Source: Chiloscyllium plagiosum (lineage: Eukaryota). Taken from it: a stretch of 64,000 bases of DNA. A program made the position numbers and the translations under genes. Positions 12,721 through 26,499 of this stretch are shown here, in pieces; the stretch's first letter is position 1, and each line of letters opens with the position of its first letter. Location of the stretch: NCBI RefSeq assembly GCF_004010195.1, contig NC_057718.1:102489221-102553220 (forward strand), in the 5' to 3' direction. Below the pieces are notes generated by a model that was given only the letters and a program-made list of their open reading frames with translations, was not told the DNA's origin and did no database searches.

Positions 12721-13309
12721 ATGATAATTATGAAGAGTGTGGTGATTGGTTGGCAAATGGCAATGTTGCCTTGGAGAAAAGAACCCAGATAGATGATGAC
12801 TGACAGCCAACTGCCAAGTTTTCTTTACATTGATATTTCCTGAGAATTGTCCTGATAAATGCAAGATGAGCGGGTTTGACAAAATATGTCTTTCCCAACT
12901 ATATTGAAAAAAAGTAAAATAATTACCCATGGCTTGCAAGATGACATAATTAGCAAAAGTTTGAAAGTTATCAATATAATCAATACTATTGGCTTTGATC
13001 AACTCCTGTCCACACAAAATTTGTTATTAAATACTTACAGCCAAATTTTATCTTCACTGAGTTTTAAGCCAGGTTCCCTCACTGTATTCTTGAGAGATCA
13101 TGCATATTGGGGTTTCATTTGCTGGTTGTGTTGGCAGGGTCCTTGTTGGGTAACCTTACAGTCAGATTAAACATCATGTTATGGTATTTCGTACATTGAA
13201 TGGAGATGAGTGCAGAGGTAAATGTGCTAGCATTTTTTAACTGATTACTGTTAAAAGCCACATGAGCCTTCAGATCAATGGACAGCAACACAATGCTGTC
13301 AATTCTCAT

Positions 13310-13642
13310 TCATAGAATCCCTACAGTGCGGAAACAGGCCATTTGACCCAACAGGTCCACACCGATTCTCCGAAGAGCAAAACCACTCCCCTACCCTATT
13401 ACTCAACATTTCCCCTAACTAATGCACCTAATCTACACACTATGGGCAATTTAGCATGGCTAATTCACCTACCTGGCAAATCTTTGGATTGTGGAAGAAA
13501 ACCAGAGCACCTAGAGGAAACTCATGCAGACACAGGGAGAATGCGCAAACTGCACACAGACAGCAGATCAAGGCTGGAAGTGAACCCGGATCCCTAGTAC
13601 TGTGAGGCAGCAGTGCTAACCACTGAGCCACCATGCCACCCC
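13310..13642 (-). mobile_element. HE1 (V-SINE) copy
   Basis: Colinear with the other HE1 copies in the window. Confidence 0.9.
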
Positions 13643-13854
13643 ATTATTCAAATTTCACAAAAACAGCAAAATCTAAAGCTTAACACCGTATTGTTCACAA
13701 AACATTGAAATCAACTTACACATTGAACAGCAGAGGGAGATGTTGGTATTGTGATAAAATTCCAGAGCACCTGTGTATTACTCTTGCGATAAGGTTTCAA
13801 CTCCCATTTCCATTTAGACTCAATTAATGAAAACTAGAATATAAAGCTTCCTCA

Positions 13855-14085
13855 GAGCATGATCAGAATGTGGAACTCACCACCTCAAGGTGATGGATGA
13901 GATGAACAGCATAGGCATGTTTAAGAGTAAGTTTGATAAGTCAATGATGAAGAAATGAATGGAAAGATATGATGATGGAAAATGGAATAGTGTAGGTTAG
14001 ATGGGCTTCAGATTGGTTTCACAGGTTGGCACAACATCCAGGGCCGAAGGGCCTGTACTGTGCTGTTATGTTCTATGTTCTATGA
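13855..14085 (+). mobile_element. CR1-type LINE 3' fragment
   Basis: RMWNSxPQ-like motif; tail GGGCCGAAGGGCCTGTACTGTGCTGT followed by (ATGTTCT)n. Confidence 0.7.
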
Positions 14086-14233
14086 TGGGATCAGATGTTG
14101 CAAGTGCATCGGAGGCTAGCATTTGATGGAAATTTGATGGAATTCTAAGAGAAACTTCAGGATAACTGCTAAACATTCTGTAATAATTATAATTATTTCC
14201 ATACTGCAGATACTATGATGGTAAACCAATACT

Positions 14234-14525
14234 GGGCAGCACAGTGGCTCATTGGTTAGCACTACTGCCTCACAGTGCCAGGGCCTTGGGTTTGATTCCA
14301 GTCTTGGGTGACTATGTGTGTGGAGTTTGCACATTCGCCCCATGTCTGTATAGGCTAGGTGGACTGGCCATGCGAAATTGCCCTATAGTGTCCAGGGTTT
14401 TGCAGGTTAGGTGGGTTATCCATGATAAATGAAGGGTTACAGGGCTGGGATGCTCTGGAAGTTGTTGTAGACTTGATGGGCCAAATGACCTGCTTCCACA
14501 CTTTAGGGATCCAATGATTCTATGA
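14234..14525 (+). mobile_element. HE1 (V-SINE) copy, internally deleted
   Basis: tRNA head, partial V-domain, CR1-like tail. Confidence 0.85.
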
Positions 14526-15007
14526 ATACCTCTTTGGCACAGCACAGCGTATTATTTAATTACCACATTGTTGAATGTCCTTGATATATTTGACATCCCC
14601 TAGCCACAGTGTGCAAATTATGTTCATAATTATTAATTGCAGATGTGTACATTTTCTTAAAATAAATAATCTTTTGAGAATTGCTTACACAGTACATCAA
14701 ATGCTACAAGGGTTAGTGTCTGATCATTGCTTGTGTTGCTGCTGCTATAGCTGTTCCCACCCAAAGGATCTGCTGTCAATGGTACTTCCTGCTTGTCTGT
14801 CTTGTGCCACCCTCATACATTCCCTGTGGCATGTCTATAACCACTCCGTGACATGTGTCATCCAACTATGCCAATGCCAACCCCTCTTTCTGGTGTTCCC
14901 TACATGACAGCTCTGATCACATTGATAAAATACTGATATTTTCTTTTCTTAATGTCACTTTTTAGAGTTATTTTCACTTTTGCAGGTTCAATTACCTCTT
15001 CGTTTGT

Positions 15008-15199
15008 CAGAAGTCACACAACACCAGGTTATAGTCCAACAGATTTATATCAAATCACAAGCTTTCGAAGCGCTGCTCCTTTGTCAGGTGACCTGCTGAA
15101 AGCTTGTGATTTGATATAAACCTGTAGGACTATAACCTGGTGTTGTGTGGCTTCTGACTTTGTCCACTCCAGTCCAACACCAGCACCTCCACGTCATGG
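15008..15199. mobile_element. Palindromic mini Penelope-derived insertion (family B)
   Basis: Arms 15008-15068 and ~15098-15158 are reverse complements; 12-bp TSD CTCTTCGTTTGT (14996-15007) / CTCTTCATTTGT (15200-15211). Relatives at ~18571-18782, ~49145-49336 and ~53465-53560. Confidence 0.8.
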
Positions 15200-15769
15200 C
15201 TCTTCATTTGTGTTTTACTCTCCGGAATGTTTAGCATACACCTTAGTATGCAAATGTAAAAATCCTCTAATTTCTTTCATGACCTTTGCTTATTGTTCGG
15301 CTTTCTGAGATGTACAGGGAAGTGTGTGCAGAACGTTGCCTGTTGCATGTGCCCAATTAAAACAAAAGCTATTAATTTGTTTTAGCCCCTTGAGATATTT
15401 CCGTCACTTTTTTTTGCCTGTAATCCACAACTGTGACTTGAATGGTAGACTTTTCAGTATTGTGGTCAAAATTAGAAAATGACAGAGGATGTTCTTTCAC
15501 TGAAAATTAATCAGAATGTAGGCTGGCATCACTTAAATCTACCAACTGGAGAATACCTCAGCTCTCGTTTGTTCCATATCCCGTGTGCAATCAGAACAGG
15601 TTAGATAAGACACACAAGTTTGTTTCATTGTCAGTCTGCTCGTGCTGCTGGTTTCACTTAGTTACTCTTCAATTTAACACATTAGTTCATCCATGAGTGT
15701 GACCTGCTGATTCTAATTTTTGGCATAATGCTGGATTTGAATTCAAACTTCCAATGTGGCCATCAAGAA

Positions 15770-16165
15770 GAAAACAAACCACAGTGCCTATTGGAGGAAC
15801 AACACTTTATCTTCCACCTGGGCATCCTACAGCCTGGAGAACTCAACATTCAAATAACCTCCCTCCCCATCCCCCAAATCCCTTCCCAGCCCCTCCCCTT
15901 CCCTTCCACTGCTCTCGCCACCAACCAGATTTATTCCTCCCATTGATCAACCAGGTCATAGCCCGTACCTGTCTTCACCCACTTCACCACCCTGCCCCGG
16001 CCTCCCTCTTTATCTGCAGCTACCCTACACCCGCCCCCAGTCTTGAAGAAGGGTTACACCTGAAATGTCGACTTCTCCATCTCCTGATGATGCCTGGCTT
16101 GCTGTGTTCTTCCAGTCTCCTGTTTGTCTACCTTGGATTCCAGCATTTCCTGTTTTTTTGTCTCT
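15770..16165 (+). mobile_element. Penelope-like element 3' end with hammerhead motif
   Basis: LEEQHFIFHLGILQPGELNI is a GIY-YIG C-terminus; pyrimidine-rich UTR; AGTC-TTGAAGA-AGGG..CCT-GAAA-TGTC-GACT at ~16039-16073. Confidence 0.8.
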
Positions 16166-16680
16166 ATCTGAATTCAGATCCAAGCCAGTCAGTACGACAT
16201 CTCTGTTCACAGACAGATTTTATTAACAACTCAGGTTATTATTTTTTTAAAAAAGCCTGTTCAGCCATGTAAATAAATTAGTGTTAATTCCTGATGAAGG
16301 GCTTTTGCCCGAACCATCAATTTTCCTGTTCATCGGATAGTGCCTGATCTGCTCTGCTTTTCCAGCACCACACTTCGACTCTGACCTCCAGCATTTACAA
16401 TCCTCACTTTCGCCATGTTAATAAATAGCCTTGGAGCACATGGGACTTGAACAGAGGCCTCTGGCTCAGAGATAGGGACACTATGGGGTCATTAAGGACA
16501 TGAGCCCACACTACCCAGCTTCACTTTTGGTTTTAAGTTGTTTTTTCTTGTTTACACTCAGAAGTGTTATCACACACAGATGAACAGCTTTCTTCCCACC
16601 ATTAAATCACCTGGTGGTACTTGTCATTTAATAAATGCCACCACTAGAATTACCTGTACTCCAATTAGTCTAATTCTTGA

Positions 16681-16918
16681 AGGGAAAAAGTGAGGACTGC
16701 AGATGCTGGAGATCAGAGCTGAGAATGTGTTGATGGAAAAGCGCAGCAAGTCAGGCAGCATCCAAGGAGCAGGAGAATCGACATTTCGATTCCTGAAGAA
16801 GGGCTCATGCCCGAAACATCGATTCTCCTGCTCCTTGAATGCTGCCTGACCTGCTGTGCTTTTCCAGTGCCACACTTTTTGACTGACTCTCCAGCATCTG
16901 AAGTCCTCACTTTCTCCC
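16681..16918. mobile_element. Palindromic mini Penelope-derived insertion (family A), both arms near full length
   Basis: 16684-16788 is the reverse complement of ~16812-16918; a single-arm relative lies at ~16287-16413. Confidence 0.85.
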
Positions 16919-17284
16919 AATTACGCACAACACCTGGTAAGGGAAATGCAGACCACCAGAGATGAGGGAGGACTAAGGAGAGGGGAGAGGAGAAAGAGGC
17001 TAAAACAAAATGGAGTTGGAAGCTGTGATAATGCACTCCACCCCTGCGGTGTTCACCTTTCACTTGGTGGAACCTGCATGCGCCTTCTCCAAGGACACTT
17101 AGGTACAAACCTAACTACTCAACATCATAAATGTAAAGGCATCACAGTGCCAGAGGAACATGAGGCTGCTCCCTCACTGAAGAGAGACAACTGATGGCAA
17201 GTTTAACTTGAGGATCACCAACACCTCAGGCAAGGGACAAGGCTGAGAGGGCAGTATCTTCATGGTAACTTCATCGAATGCAGG

Positions 17285-17650
17285 AAGGTTTACAAAATTG
17301 TGTGGGGCATGGATAGGATGAATAGCCAAGGTGTTTGTCACAGGGTAGGGGAGTCCAAAACTAGGGGGCATAAGTTTAAGGTGAGAGGGGAAACATTTGA
17401 AAGGGGCCTAAGGGGCAACTTTTTTGCGCAGAGGGTGGTGCATGTATGAATGAGCTGCCAGAGGGAGTAGTGGAGGCTGATACAATTACAACATTTAAAA
17501 GGCATCTGGATGGGGACATGAATAGGAAGGGTTGAAAGGGATTTGGGCTAAATGCTGGCAAATGGGACCAGATTTATTTAGGATATCTGGTCGATATGAA
17601 CAATTTGGATTGAGGGTCTGTTTTGATGTTATACATCTCTATGACTCTAT
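17285..17650 (+). mobile_element. CR1-type LINE 3' fragment
   Basis: NFFAQRVVHV*MSCQ/NELPEGVVEADTITTFKRHLD; ATGACTCT tail. Confidence 0.85.
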
Positions 17651-18809
17651 AATGGAACACATTCTGTTGGCATCATTCTGCATTGCAAAACAACCATCCA
17701 ATCATTACTCAGCTTCACATTTTTTACATCATCCAGGAATGCTCTTACACACAACTGATCTTTTCCCCGTCACCAAATTACCTATGGTATTTTATCCATC
17801 TTTTAAACCACCACCAACATACCACTCACGTTTTCAATTGATTAATTTACATGCAAAGCCCATTAACTACAATGCAAACCATCAAAAGTGAGGGAGAGGG
17901 GAACGGGGAGGGAGAGAAACCATATTGGAGTTGAAGGGGACGACTCAGCTTCACCTACTTTCTAATCAACCTGTTCACCACTGGAATAGATAGATTTGAA
18001 CCCCGACTTTCTGACTCAAAGGTAGGGATATTACCCTGCACCACAAGAGCCCTCAAACTACTCAGCTTCATAGCCCTATTCACACACTAGTTCCATCTGT
18101 TCCTTCTTTATATCCACCCAGTCAATTTTTTTTTATTCATGAGATGAGGGCGTCACTTGCTAGGCCACCCATCCTCATTGACAGAGGACAGTTAAGTGTT
18201 AACCACATTGCTATGGGTCTGGGGTCACATGTAGGCCAGACCATGGTGGGATTTGAAGTTGGGTCCCCAGAACATCACCTGGGTCTCCTGCAATAATACC
18301 ACTAGGCAATTACCTCCCCAACCCAGTCAATACATTAATCAATTTACCTAACTGATCTGCTTGATAGTTTGCTATATTAAGAGATTTCTCTCCTTTCTAA
18401 ATAAAATAATTGAAGAGATACAAACAATGCTTGAACAAAATGAATTAAAATCAAACTTTTCAATTTCACAACTGATCAGTATCTTTTCCTTCTTATTCCA
18501 TAAAATACAATCAATATTCCATATTTCCATTTCTTTCTCTGATGAAAGAAAAAGTTGATTTGTTTTCTTGTTGGACAAAATCAGAAGTCACACAACACCA
18601 GATTATAGTCAAACAAGTTTATTTGAAGTCACAAGCTGCTCCTTTGTCATGTCCACTACAGCTGATGAAGGGCAATGCTCCAAAAGCTTGTGATTTCAAA
18701 TCAACCTTTTGGACTATAACCTGGTGTCGTGTGATTTCTAACTATGTTCACCCCAGACCAACACCAGTACTTCCACACCACATTTTCATGTTCTCATAAC
18801 TCCTCAGAC

Positions 18810-20950
18810 AAATGGTTATTCCTCTTCAAAGTTTGCCAATAATTTCCTGGAACAAGCATCTTTCTTGTGAAACATTCAGACAACTGGCGACTTATCGTCA
18901 ACCCACTTTGTTTTGGAAACCTCCTTTCTCTCATTTATATGTTATTGCAAATTGACTTGCCCCATGCTTTCAAGTCCATCACTACAATTTAATTAGTCTC
19001 TTGTTAATGGAAGACTCATTATGCACCATGATGGTGTTCTCCAAACTTTTAAGTAACTCACATATGTATCACTGATCGCTTCTGTAATGTTAAGTGTACT
19101 CATCACTCCTTATTCCTACATCCCTTAAAAGTGATTTTTAATCTGTTTGAAAATGGATGGGTAAACTGCCAATGTAGTTTTATGGTCATTAGCATTTCCT
19201 TTTAAACTTCTGTTGCCTGATGCCAATAATATCTGCTTAATAGTTTGCTTAGAGAATTTAGGTGTTGTTAAACAAATGCAATACCATAAAGTAAAGCCAT
19301 TTGCAAAATCAATTGCCTTTTTGTGTTTCATGCCCAGTCTCTTTTGAACTTTTTCCATGGATAGCCTGGTGAATAGTAAAGGCATTTCACCTGACACCAT
19401 GTCTGTGCTGATAAAATGTTGTGGGGAATTACCACTCCTTTTTCGTGATTTCAGCAAATCCAAAACTCTCCTATCTCTACCTAGATTCTCTCAGTAATAT
19501 GGATGAAGTTATTAACCAATCCACACTGTGCAGGCGCATTCATGTACTAACACAGAGCAATTCGATGAGTCTGTGACTGATATATTCATCACTGGTCTGA
19601 AGCTTCTAGAAGCTAATGCACTCCTTGTGACTGATCAGTATCATCACCTTCTCCTTCTGAACCTTTTATTTCATGCATACTTCAAAAATTCTGCTATTCC
19701 ATTTAAATAAACTCTTTGCCTAATGATATTTTGAGTTGCATCTGAAATACCTGCTAACTATGTGGCATTGTAGCAGTTTCAATGGACTAGTAGTACCTCT
19801 GGAGACTGGAGCTCAAGTTTTAGCATGGCAGCTGATAAAATTTAAATTCAATGAATAAAATCTGGAATTGAAAGCTAGTCTGAGGAATGATGACTGCAGT
19901 AACTATTGTATTGTCATAAGAGCCATTTGGGTCATTTGTGTTCTTTAGGATAGGAAATCTGCTGCTCTTACCTGGTCTGGCCTTGAGTGACTTCACACCC
20001 ACAGTAATATGGTTGACTCTTTATTGCCTTCTGGAAAAGCTGAGCAAGACACTCAGTTTCAGGGCAATTAGGGATGGACAACAAATGCTGGCCTTGCTGG
20101 CCCATGAAAGAATACAGAGGAAAAAACTACTCTGGACATATCTGTTATAGTTCCATAATGTCTGTTGTCTATTCTTATGGCTAGAGTTTTCTCTGTCCTC
20201 ACTCCTTTTAGTTAAGATTCTCCTTTCGTATTTATGCTTTCAGCCTATACATGGCTGGTCGCATACTGCCGCAATGATTGAATATTTTGTGTTACAACAG
20301 AATGTCCCACTTGAGCCATATAGCCATGAATATCTTTCCTAGAATACTTTAAGGTTATGCCATCTTTAAAAGGCATTTAGAAGGATATGGGCCAAGTGCA
20401 GGGAAACAGGATTAACATTAATGGACATTTGGTCGACATGGACCAGTTTGGGCCAAAGGCCTGTCCATAGATCTCAATGACTCTATCTGTTTCTACGGTG
20501 TTTTCTTTCTGAAAATCTAATTCTAATTAATACTAGGAATCTATCAATGTGAGACACCTTACCACAGCCTAACAATTTAAAGGCAAGCACTGATTTAGGA
20601 ACTTCCAATTGGAATTTTTGTAACCTTGCACATAATCTGTCAAATACATTCTTCGATAGAACATTCATCCTTCTTTCCAAGTTTATTGAAGTCTAATCAA
20701 GATTCATAAACATTTAATCATTCACCTTTCTCATAAATTTGTCCATAAATTTTAATTGATAGTTTGAACCTTCCAATGGTTGAGCCTTTAGCTCTGAGAA
20801 TGCTTGATACTTGATCTTGCTTTGAGGAGGAAACAAGAATGTCAAACATTGCTTTTTTTCTTGATAAAGATATAACCCATAACCATTTCATTTTTTTCCA
20901 TTTATCATTAGATTCGGTTCACAAAGCATCAGTGAAAAATCATGTCCCAA
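18810..20950 (-). mobile_element. Internally deleted, decayed Ty1/Copia (GalEa-like) LTR retrotransposon internal region
   Basis: Minus strand, in order: gag FDRLCARLQKFQLEVPKSVLAFKLL; degenerate zinc knuckle RYFRCNSKYH*AK; protease region DSSNCSVLVHECACTV and FISTDMVSGEMPLLF; integrase N-part RTPSWCIMSLPLTRD..VVMDLKAW; then directly an RNase H C-terminus KTKWVDDK..FHKKDACSRKLL. Confidence 0.7.
19764..20115 (+). mobile_element. tRNA-derived SINE inserted in the Copia fossil
   Basis: tRNA-like head; body matches ~630-725 plus 2370-2625; tail GGGCAATTAGGGATGGACAACAAATGCTGGCC. Confidence 0.75.
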
Positions 20951-22689
20951 TCCTTTGCACTTGGTTCTAGTCATTCTTCTCCAAAGTAACTCCAATCATG
21001 ATCTTCTATCAGAAAATAACTATCCACGTCAAATTGTAATTGATGAAAATTTGTTTTTGTTATTTGTTCCATCTTCTCTCGAACTTAAACAGAATTCTTG
21101 TTTGAGTTCAGATAACCAGACTGTGAGGAACAAGATTGGAGCCTGGGGCAAAATCTTCTTGAGGCATCAGGGGTCTTGCTGGCAGGCTAGAGAGCTGGTG
21201 AGAGATGCAAGTTAGCTCTTTTAAGAGGAGGCTTGCCATATTACACACCAACCAGGAAGTGACAGGGTCACTGGTACTCCTTCTTTTGGAATCAAGATCC
21301 AATGGTGGAAGTCTTGCTCAGGAAGAGCTGCAGAGGAAGCCAATGGCTGTTGGCAGAAGAGCCCAGACCAATGAAGAACTCAGGACAAAGGCAAATGATG
21401 TGGGGGGAGGTGGTATGGAAGCAAAGGCAGGGAGGTGTCTCTCTTGTTCATGTCCAGTCCCTCAATTAGGCATTGTGTGACTTTGGTGGTTCCAGGTCCA
21501 CCTGCAGCCTCAAAGACCTCAACTACCAGCAAGGCTGAATAATAGACCATGGACCTCCTGCTCAGGCTTCACTACTGGTGGTGGTGGCAGGGTGTATTGA
21601 TGCCATCATCCTGTCTAATTAATGCTCTGCCAGGTCCACGCTTGCCAACACAAGTAGAAGATTCTGTCACTAGTCTTTATTGACAAAATCCACATATATT
21701 GTGTACCTCAATTAACAATCCCGTCTTTAAGCCTGCTCCTGAGCATGGATTAATCCCCAATTAATAATCACCATAGTCCTACTAGACCATTGGGACTGCT
21801 CTCGCTACAAAAAGAAATGTGACTGTGGTGGTTTAACCTGAAGGTTATCAAGCTTCCAACCACAGGAATATAAGTATTCAAATGATAGACAAGCTGTTAA
21901 CCTTGTTGTTCTAAACAAGTTATTAACAAGGACCTGGTGTCTCTACTTGGAGACCCTTGTGGCACAGAGGGTAGCATCCCTCCATCTGGGGCACAAGCTC
22001 CAGATTCAAATCTTATCCTAGGAAGGTGTGTCTGAACGCAGTCAAACACATTCATAATCAATCTGTAATTCCTTTGGAAACGCCTTTGGCAGCCAATCAG
22101 AATGGGAGGATTTCCTGGTCAGTCAAAACTGTTGGTAGCTGCAGGACAACAGCCTTCCCATGTTAAAATACTCTGCACACATCAAGTTGTGATCAAGTGC
22201 ATGCATATTCTGAAGGACTATTACATACAAAAGACACACACATACAGGTACTTGACACGATTTCCTGTGAGGAGTAATCTGGGCTTTCCTCATGTCTTTC
22301 TCTTGAGAGGTGACTGAGAATTCAGCACCATGTTGGGAGAATTTCATCAGTCCTGCAGTGCCTGGTTATCCAGTGCACTGCTCTGTTACGAATCTGCAGC
22401 AGTTTGTTAACACAGGCTTCCACGCAGTTGCAGGGCTTTTTGTAATCATGCAGTTAAATATACAATTATAACCAAAAAGATGTGCCTGCATTTATTATGA
22501 ATCATCTCACTCACTCAGATCCTATGACACCACTGCAATGTGAAAAAGAGTCCAAATCATTCTGTCCAGTTTTGATAAGCATTTTGCAAAATCAACTCAG
22601 CAAAATCCATTTATTATATGATAATTAACATTAAGTGCTGTGACACACAAGCACCAGATTAACAGCTATTTTTAGAAATTGGGAAAGAT

Positions 22690-23315
22690 TGATCAGGCTA
22701 GATGTGTATCTGTTGAAGTCTGGAAATGGAAAGGTCACTTGATTGAAACACGTGAGATCTTCAGAGGTCTTGACCAGATGGATGTACTAAGCATGTTTCC
22801 TCTTGTGGGAAAATCTAAACCTGGGGTCATTGTCTAAAAGTAAGGTGCTGTCCATCAAAGAACTGAGGATTTTTTTTCTCACAGGGCATGTGAATCCTGA
22901 CAATCCTTTTCCTCATAAAACAGTAGAAGCAGAGGCTTGATTATTTTGAAGGGAGATGGAGATAGACTATCGATAAACATGAGGGTATAAGGTTATTGGA
23001 GGTAAGTAGCAACACTAGGAGCCATAATTGAGAAAGACCCTTGGTATCTCTGTTACAGAACAACAGTTTTTTTTAAATATAGCATGACGGTAACCACTCC
23101 ACAAGTGTGGGATGAGGTGAGGGGCCTCCATGAACTACCTCATTTGGGAACTGAACCCATATATTGATTTTGCTCTGTACTGCACTCCAGATACCCAGCC
23201 AAGCGAACTAACTGAACCTCCAATCAGGAATACGATGGAATCTAAACAGCCGTAATCTTATTGAGTTCGGGATCAGGCTCATGGAGCTGAGCAGCCTAGC
23301 CCTGCTTCTAATTCA
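22690..23315 (+). mobile_element. Old CR1-type LINE 3' fragment interrupted by a SINE piece (~23080-23220)
   Basis: Decayed RLDVYLLK..KGHLIET and FFSQ motifs; CR1 tail at ~23260-23315. Confidence 0.6.
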
Positions 23316-23702
23316 TATATTCATAAAATAGAAACATACATTCCAGACAGATAACATATGCTTAATGCAGAAATTGTGTATTTATTTCAGAACAAAATGT
23401 GTGAAGATGATTCTGTATGCATGCTGGGACTTTGAATGCATTGTATGTGGAAGGAGGCCAGTTAAAGAATAGTGTAATAACCTACATAACCTGGATCATT
23501 ACATTTTCACCATTGTTTGCAAACCTTTCCATTGCCTTACCCACCTCTGTAATCTCCTTTTCTATAGCCCTCCAAGATGTCTGCCCTCACCAAATTCTGG
23601 CCTTTTGCTAGACACTAACTTTCCTTGCTTCACCAGTGCTGCTTAAGCCTTAATCTCTGGAAATTCCTCCCCACCCCTTTTTTTAAGACATTCCTTAAAA
23701 CC

Positions 23703-24352
23703 TACAGTGGTCCTAGATTAACACAATAGTTATGCTCCTGAAAACGACCACATTTAGCGAAACCACATTATTAGAAGCCCATATTCCCATGAAATCCATG
23801 TAAACTTTTGAATTACATTTACAGAATGCAAGACAAGTACAGAATCCATGTGCAAAGTTAATATAAACACCAAAATGAACACGAGAATATGTATCAACAA
23901 TATCTTTTAATATGCACGACTACTTATCTGGAGGTGGGAGGCTCAGCTACAGCCTGGAAGTTAAAGGCTGAGGACCATCAGACTGTTCTTCTGCTGCTTT
24001 GGAGGTAGAGGCTTCAATGTCCTTAGAGAAAGTGAGGACTGCAGATGCTGCAGCGTCGAAACGTGTGGTGCTAGAAAAACACAACCAGTCAGGCAGCATC
24101 CGAGAAAGAGGGGAGTTGATGTTTCAGCAATACCTCTTCATCAGGAATATGGAGCCAGTTTTTCAAAACTTATCCAGTCATGAATGAGGCAAGCAACAGC
24201 TAAATAAACTGAATGAGCAGGAACTTGCACAGGAGTGCTGAGTTTGGCACACATTTATTCCTTGGTGAATGTGCATGCATTATTGGAATTATGGACAGTT
24301 AAGTAAAAACGCATATTATGGAAAAACCATGCTAATTGAAGACTTCTTTCTA
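23703..24352. mobile_element. Possible Tigger/pogo-like non-autonomous DNA transposon fossil, containing a family A Penelope arm (~24025-24148)
   Basis: Starts TA-CAGTGGTCCT with subterminal motifs loosely mirrored at ~24300-24350; highly diverged. Confidence 0.3.
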
Positions 24353-26499
24353 TCACAAGTGGCATGGTGTCAGAACTAGCTTGATAATCACTCCTGTAAT
24401 TTATTTAAGGTACCATATAAATACAACTTCTTGTTGTTCTGAGCTCTGATTGATTTCATTCATTAATCTTTACTTCTTGGAATTTTACTTGCAGTCAATT
24501 TGCTTCCTCATGGAGGCTACATTAATTTGAAAGAAACCATTGTCATTCAAATGACAACTCAGCTCAGAAAGGAATGAGTTTGATAAACTAAATAACATTC
24601 TCCTGAATCTGCACGCTCCTAGAGGGGAAGTAACTACGAAAACCTTAATGGCTTGTAACCTCACAGTGGTTGGAAATGTTTGTGAACCAGATTCAATGAG
24701 AATTCAAATATTCCGTCTTTGAGATAGCGCAAGGCTGTGACTTGCTTCAAAATGGTTAAATCAAATATTATTTACATCCTCTGCATCATCTGATAAATAT
24801 GCTGCCAAATTCTTTTGTTGTTTTAGATGTTTGAGATTATGTGGAAGTTGCCTGGATGTGCAACTTGACATAATAATGTGTTTTGCAATGCTTCGTTCAT
24901 TCCATCACATTCAAGTAGTGCCAAAACTCCTCACAAGTATGTTTTGCTGCAAGCCCAGATGTTCTTGTAAGGCTTTAAAAGTGGTTTCTCTTCTGCTTTT
25001 GCTCCCTCAGGTTTCCCTGTGTTGCCACCTCTCAGGCAAGGAGGCCAAGCTGAAAATTATCTCCTGGCATTCCATAGATGGCCACCAGGAAGCGCATAGG
25101 AGCAGTAAAAAAATTCCCTTTCTCCCTGTGACTGCCCAATCAATAGCCCTGTTAATGCCAATCGAGTATGTTTCTTACTGAGGGAAAAAAGACACTATAT
25201 ACTCAGACTTGTGTTAATCCTCTTTCTTATCATTACCATTGTTATTCATATGCTCACACAATGATTTTCCTAAAACTGTAATGTAGATGAATATTATCAA
25301 TGGTTGTTACTGTTTTGCTCGTGGCTTCTGCATACTAAACATACAGACAACCATGGTTACTACAGAGTTGTTGTAACCATGGCAATATATCTATTGTAAA
25401 GCCCACAGTGTTTCATTTTGATAAAGGTTTAACTGTTTAGTTTCCTGTGTTATGACTGCTGAAAAACAGTGTCAAAACTGAACTAATTTATCATGTCATT
25501 AACCCTTTGAGCATGTTCATTCGGGAATTTCACCTTTTAGTACATTCTTCCACACAGTGGCTGTTTACTTCGAAATTTTTCCCAATTTCAGTACTTCAGG
25601 CTTGCATCGAAATCCCTTTAGTCAATAGGAAAAGTTACAGGTGGCTAAAATTAGGGAAATGTGTTTTTAATGGAACCCCACACACCCCAAAAAAAAGCAA
25701 AATAGTGTAGATACAGGAAAATCTGAAAGAGAAACAGAAAATGCTGAAAATACTCAGCAGGTCAGGCAGCATCAGTGGAGACTCAGAGAAACAAACTTAT
25801 TGCAGATGATGGGGGCAACTTTTTAATCTCAAGCAGTGGGTGGATTTGATGCTAGTGGGAGGTTAATGAATTGAAAATCTCAACTTCCAACCACCTTTGC
25901 CACTTCCACCCCTGCCAATATGATTTTAATGAAGGTAGGTTAATGGGTGGGCTGGCACTTTAAACATTGCAGTGAGGGTGTAGGCCAAGTAGACGAGCAA
26001 ATTTATCCCTTCTCCATAGATACAAACCTTTTATATTCTGAGCAATGCCCAACAGCATATGTTCCACTTTTATTTGTAGAATGATTGAAATTATGAAATG
26101 ATTAAAATGTTCTATTGTTCTCTATCCACTCCCCACCCATTCCCCACCTCCATGCCCACACATACAGTATATTGTTAAGAAGGAGGAGTAATGAACTCTT
26201 GAGTCTTTATTGTATGGTCACTGGATCTGAGTTGCCTGAACACATTGTTTTGCATCACTGCTTTGCATAATTCCTTAATGATGTATAAATGGCAAAAAGC
26301 CAAAAAAATGGCTTTTGGTAAAAGCAGCTTGCACTCAAGTATAATGGACTGGGATTTTTAACAGCTATATTACTATGGAGATTTTTATTGTTTCAACAAC
26401 AGTGAGAGAGAGGGATTATTTTTCTGGCATCTTCTGAGGCAATGAAAGCAAGATGATCTGTCAAACTTTCTAGCTCACTAGTCACCAGGACAAAGAGAA

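Noticed and set aside
14688..14910. Possible minus-strand exon ending at a GTAAGC donor
   Set aside because: All three frames contain stops; the sequence looks more like a decayed RTE-type LINE 3' end
22246..22347. Possible minus-strand first coding exon MKFSQHGAEF...QVP|GTATGT
   Set aside because: Weak donor context, no recognisable homology and no supporting downstream exon found
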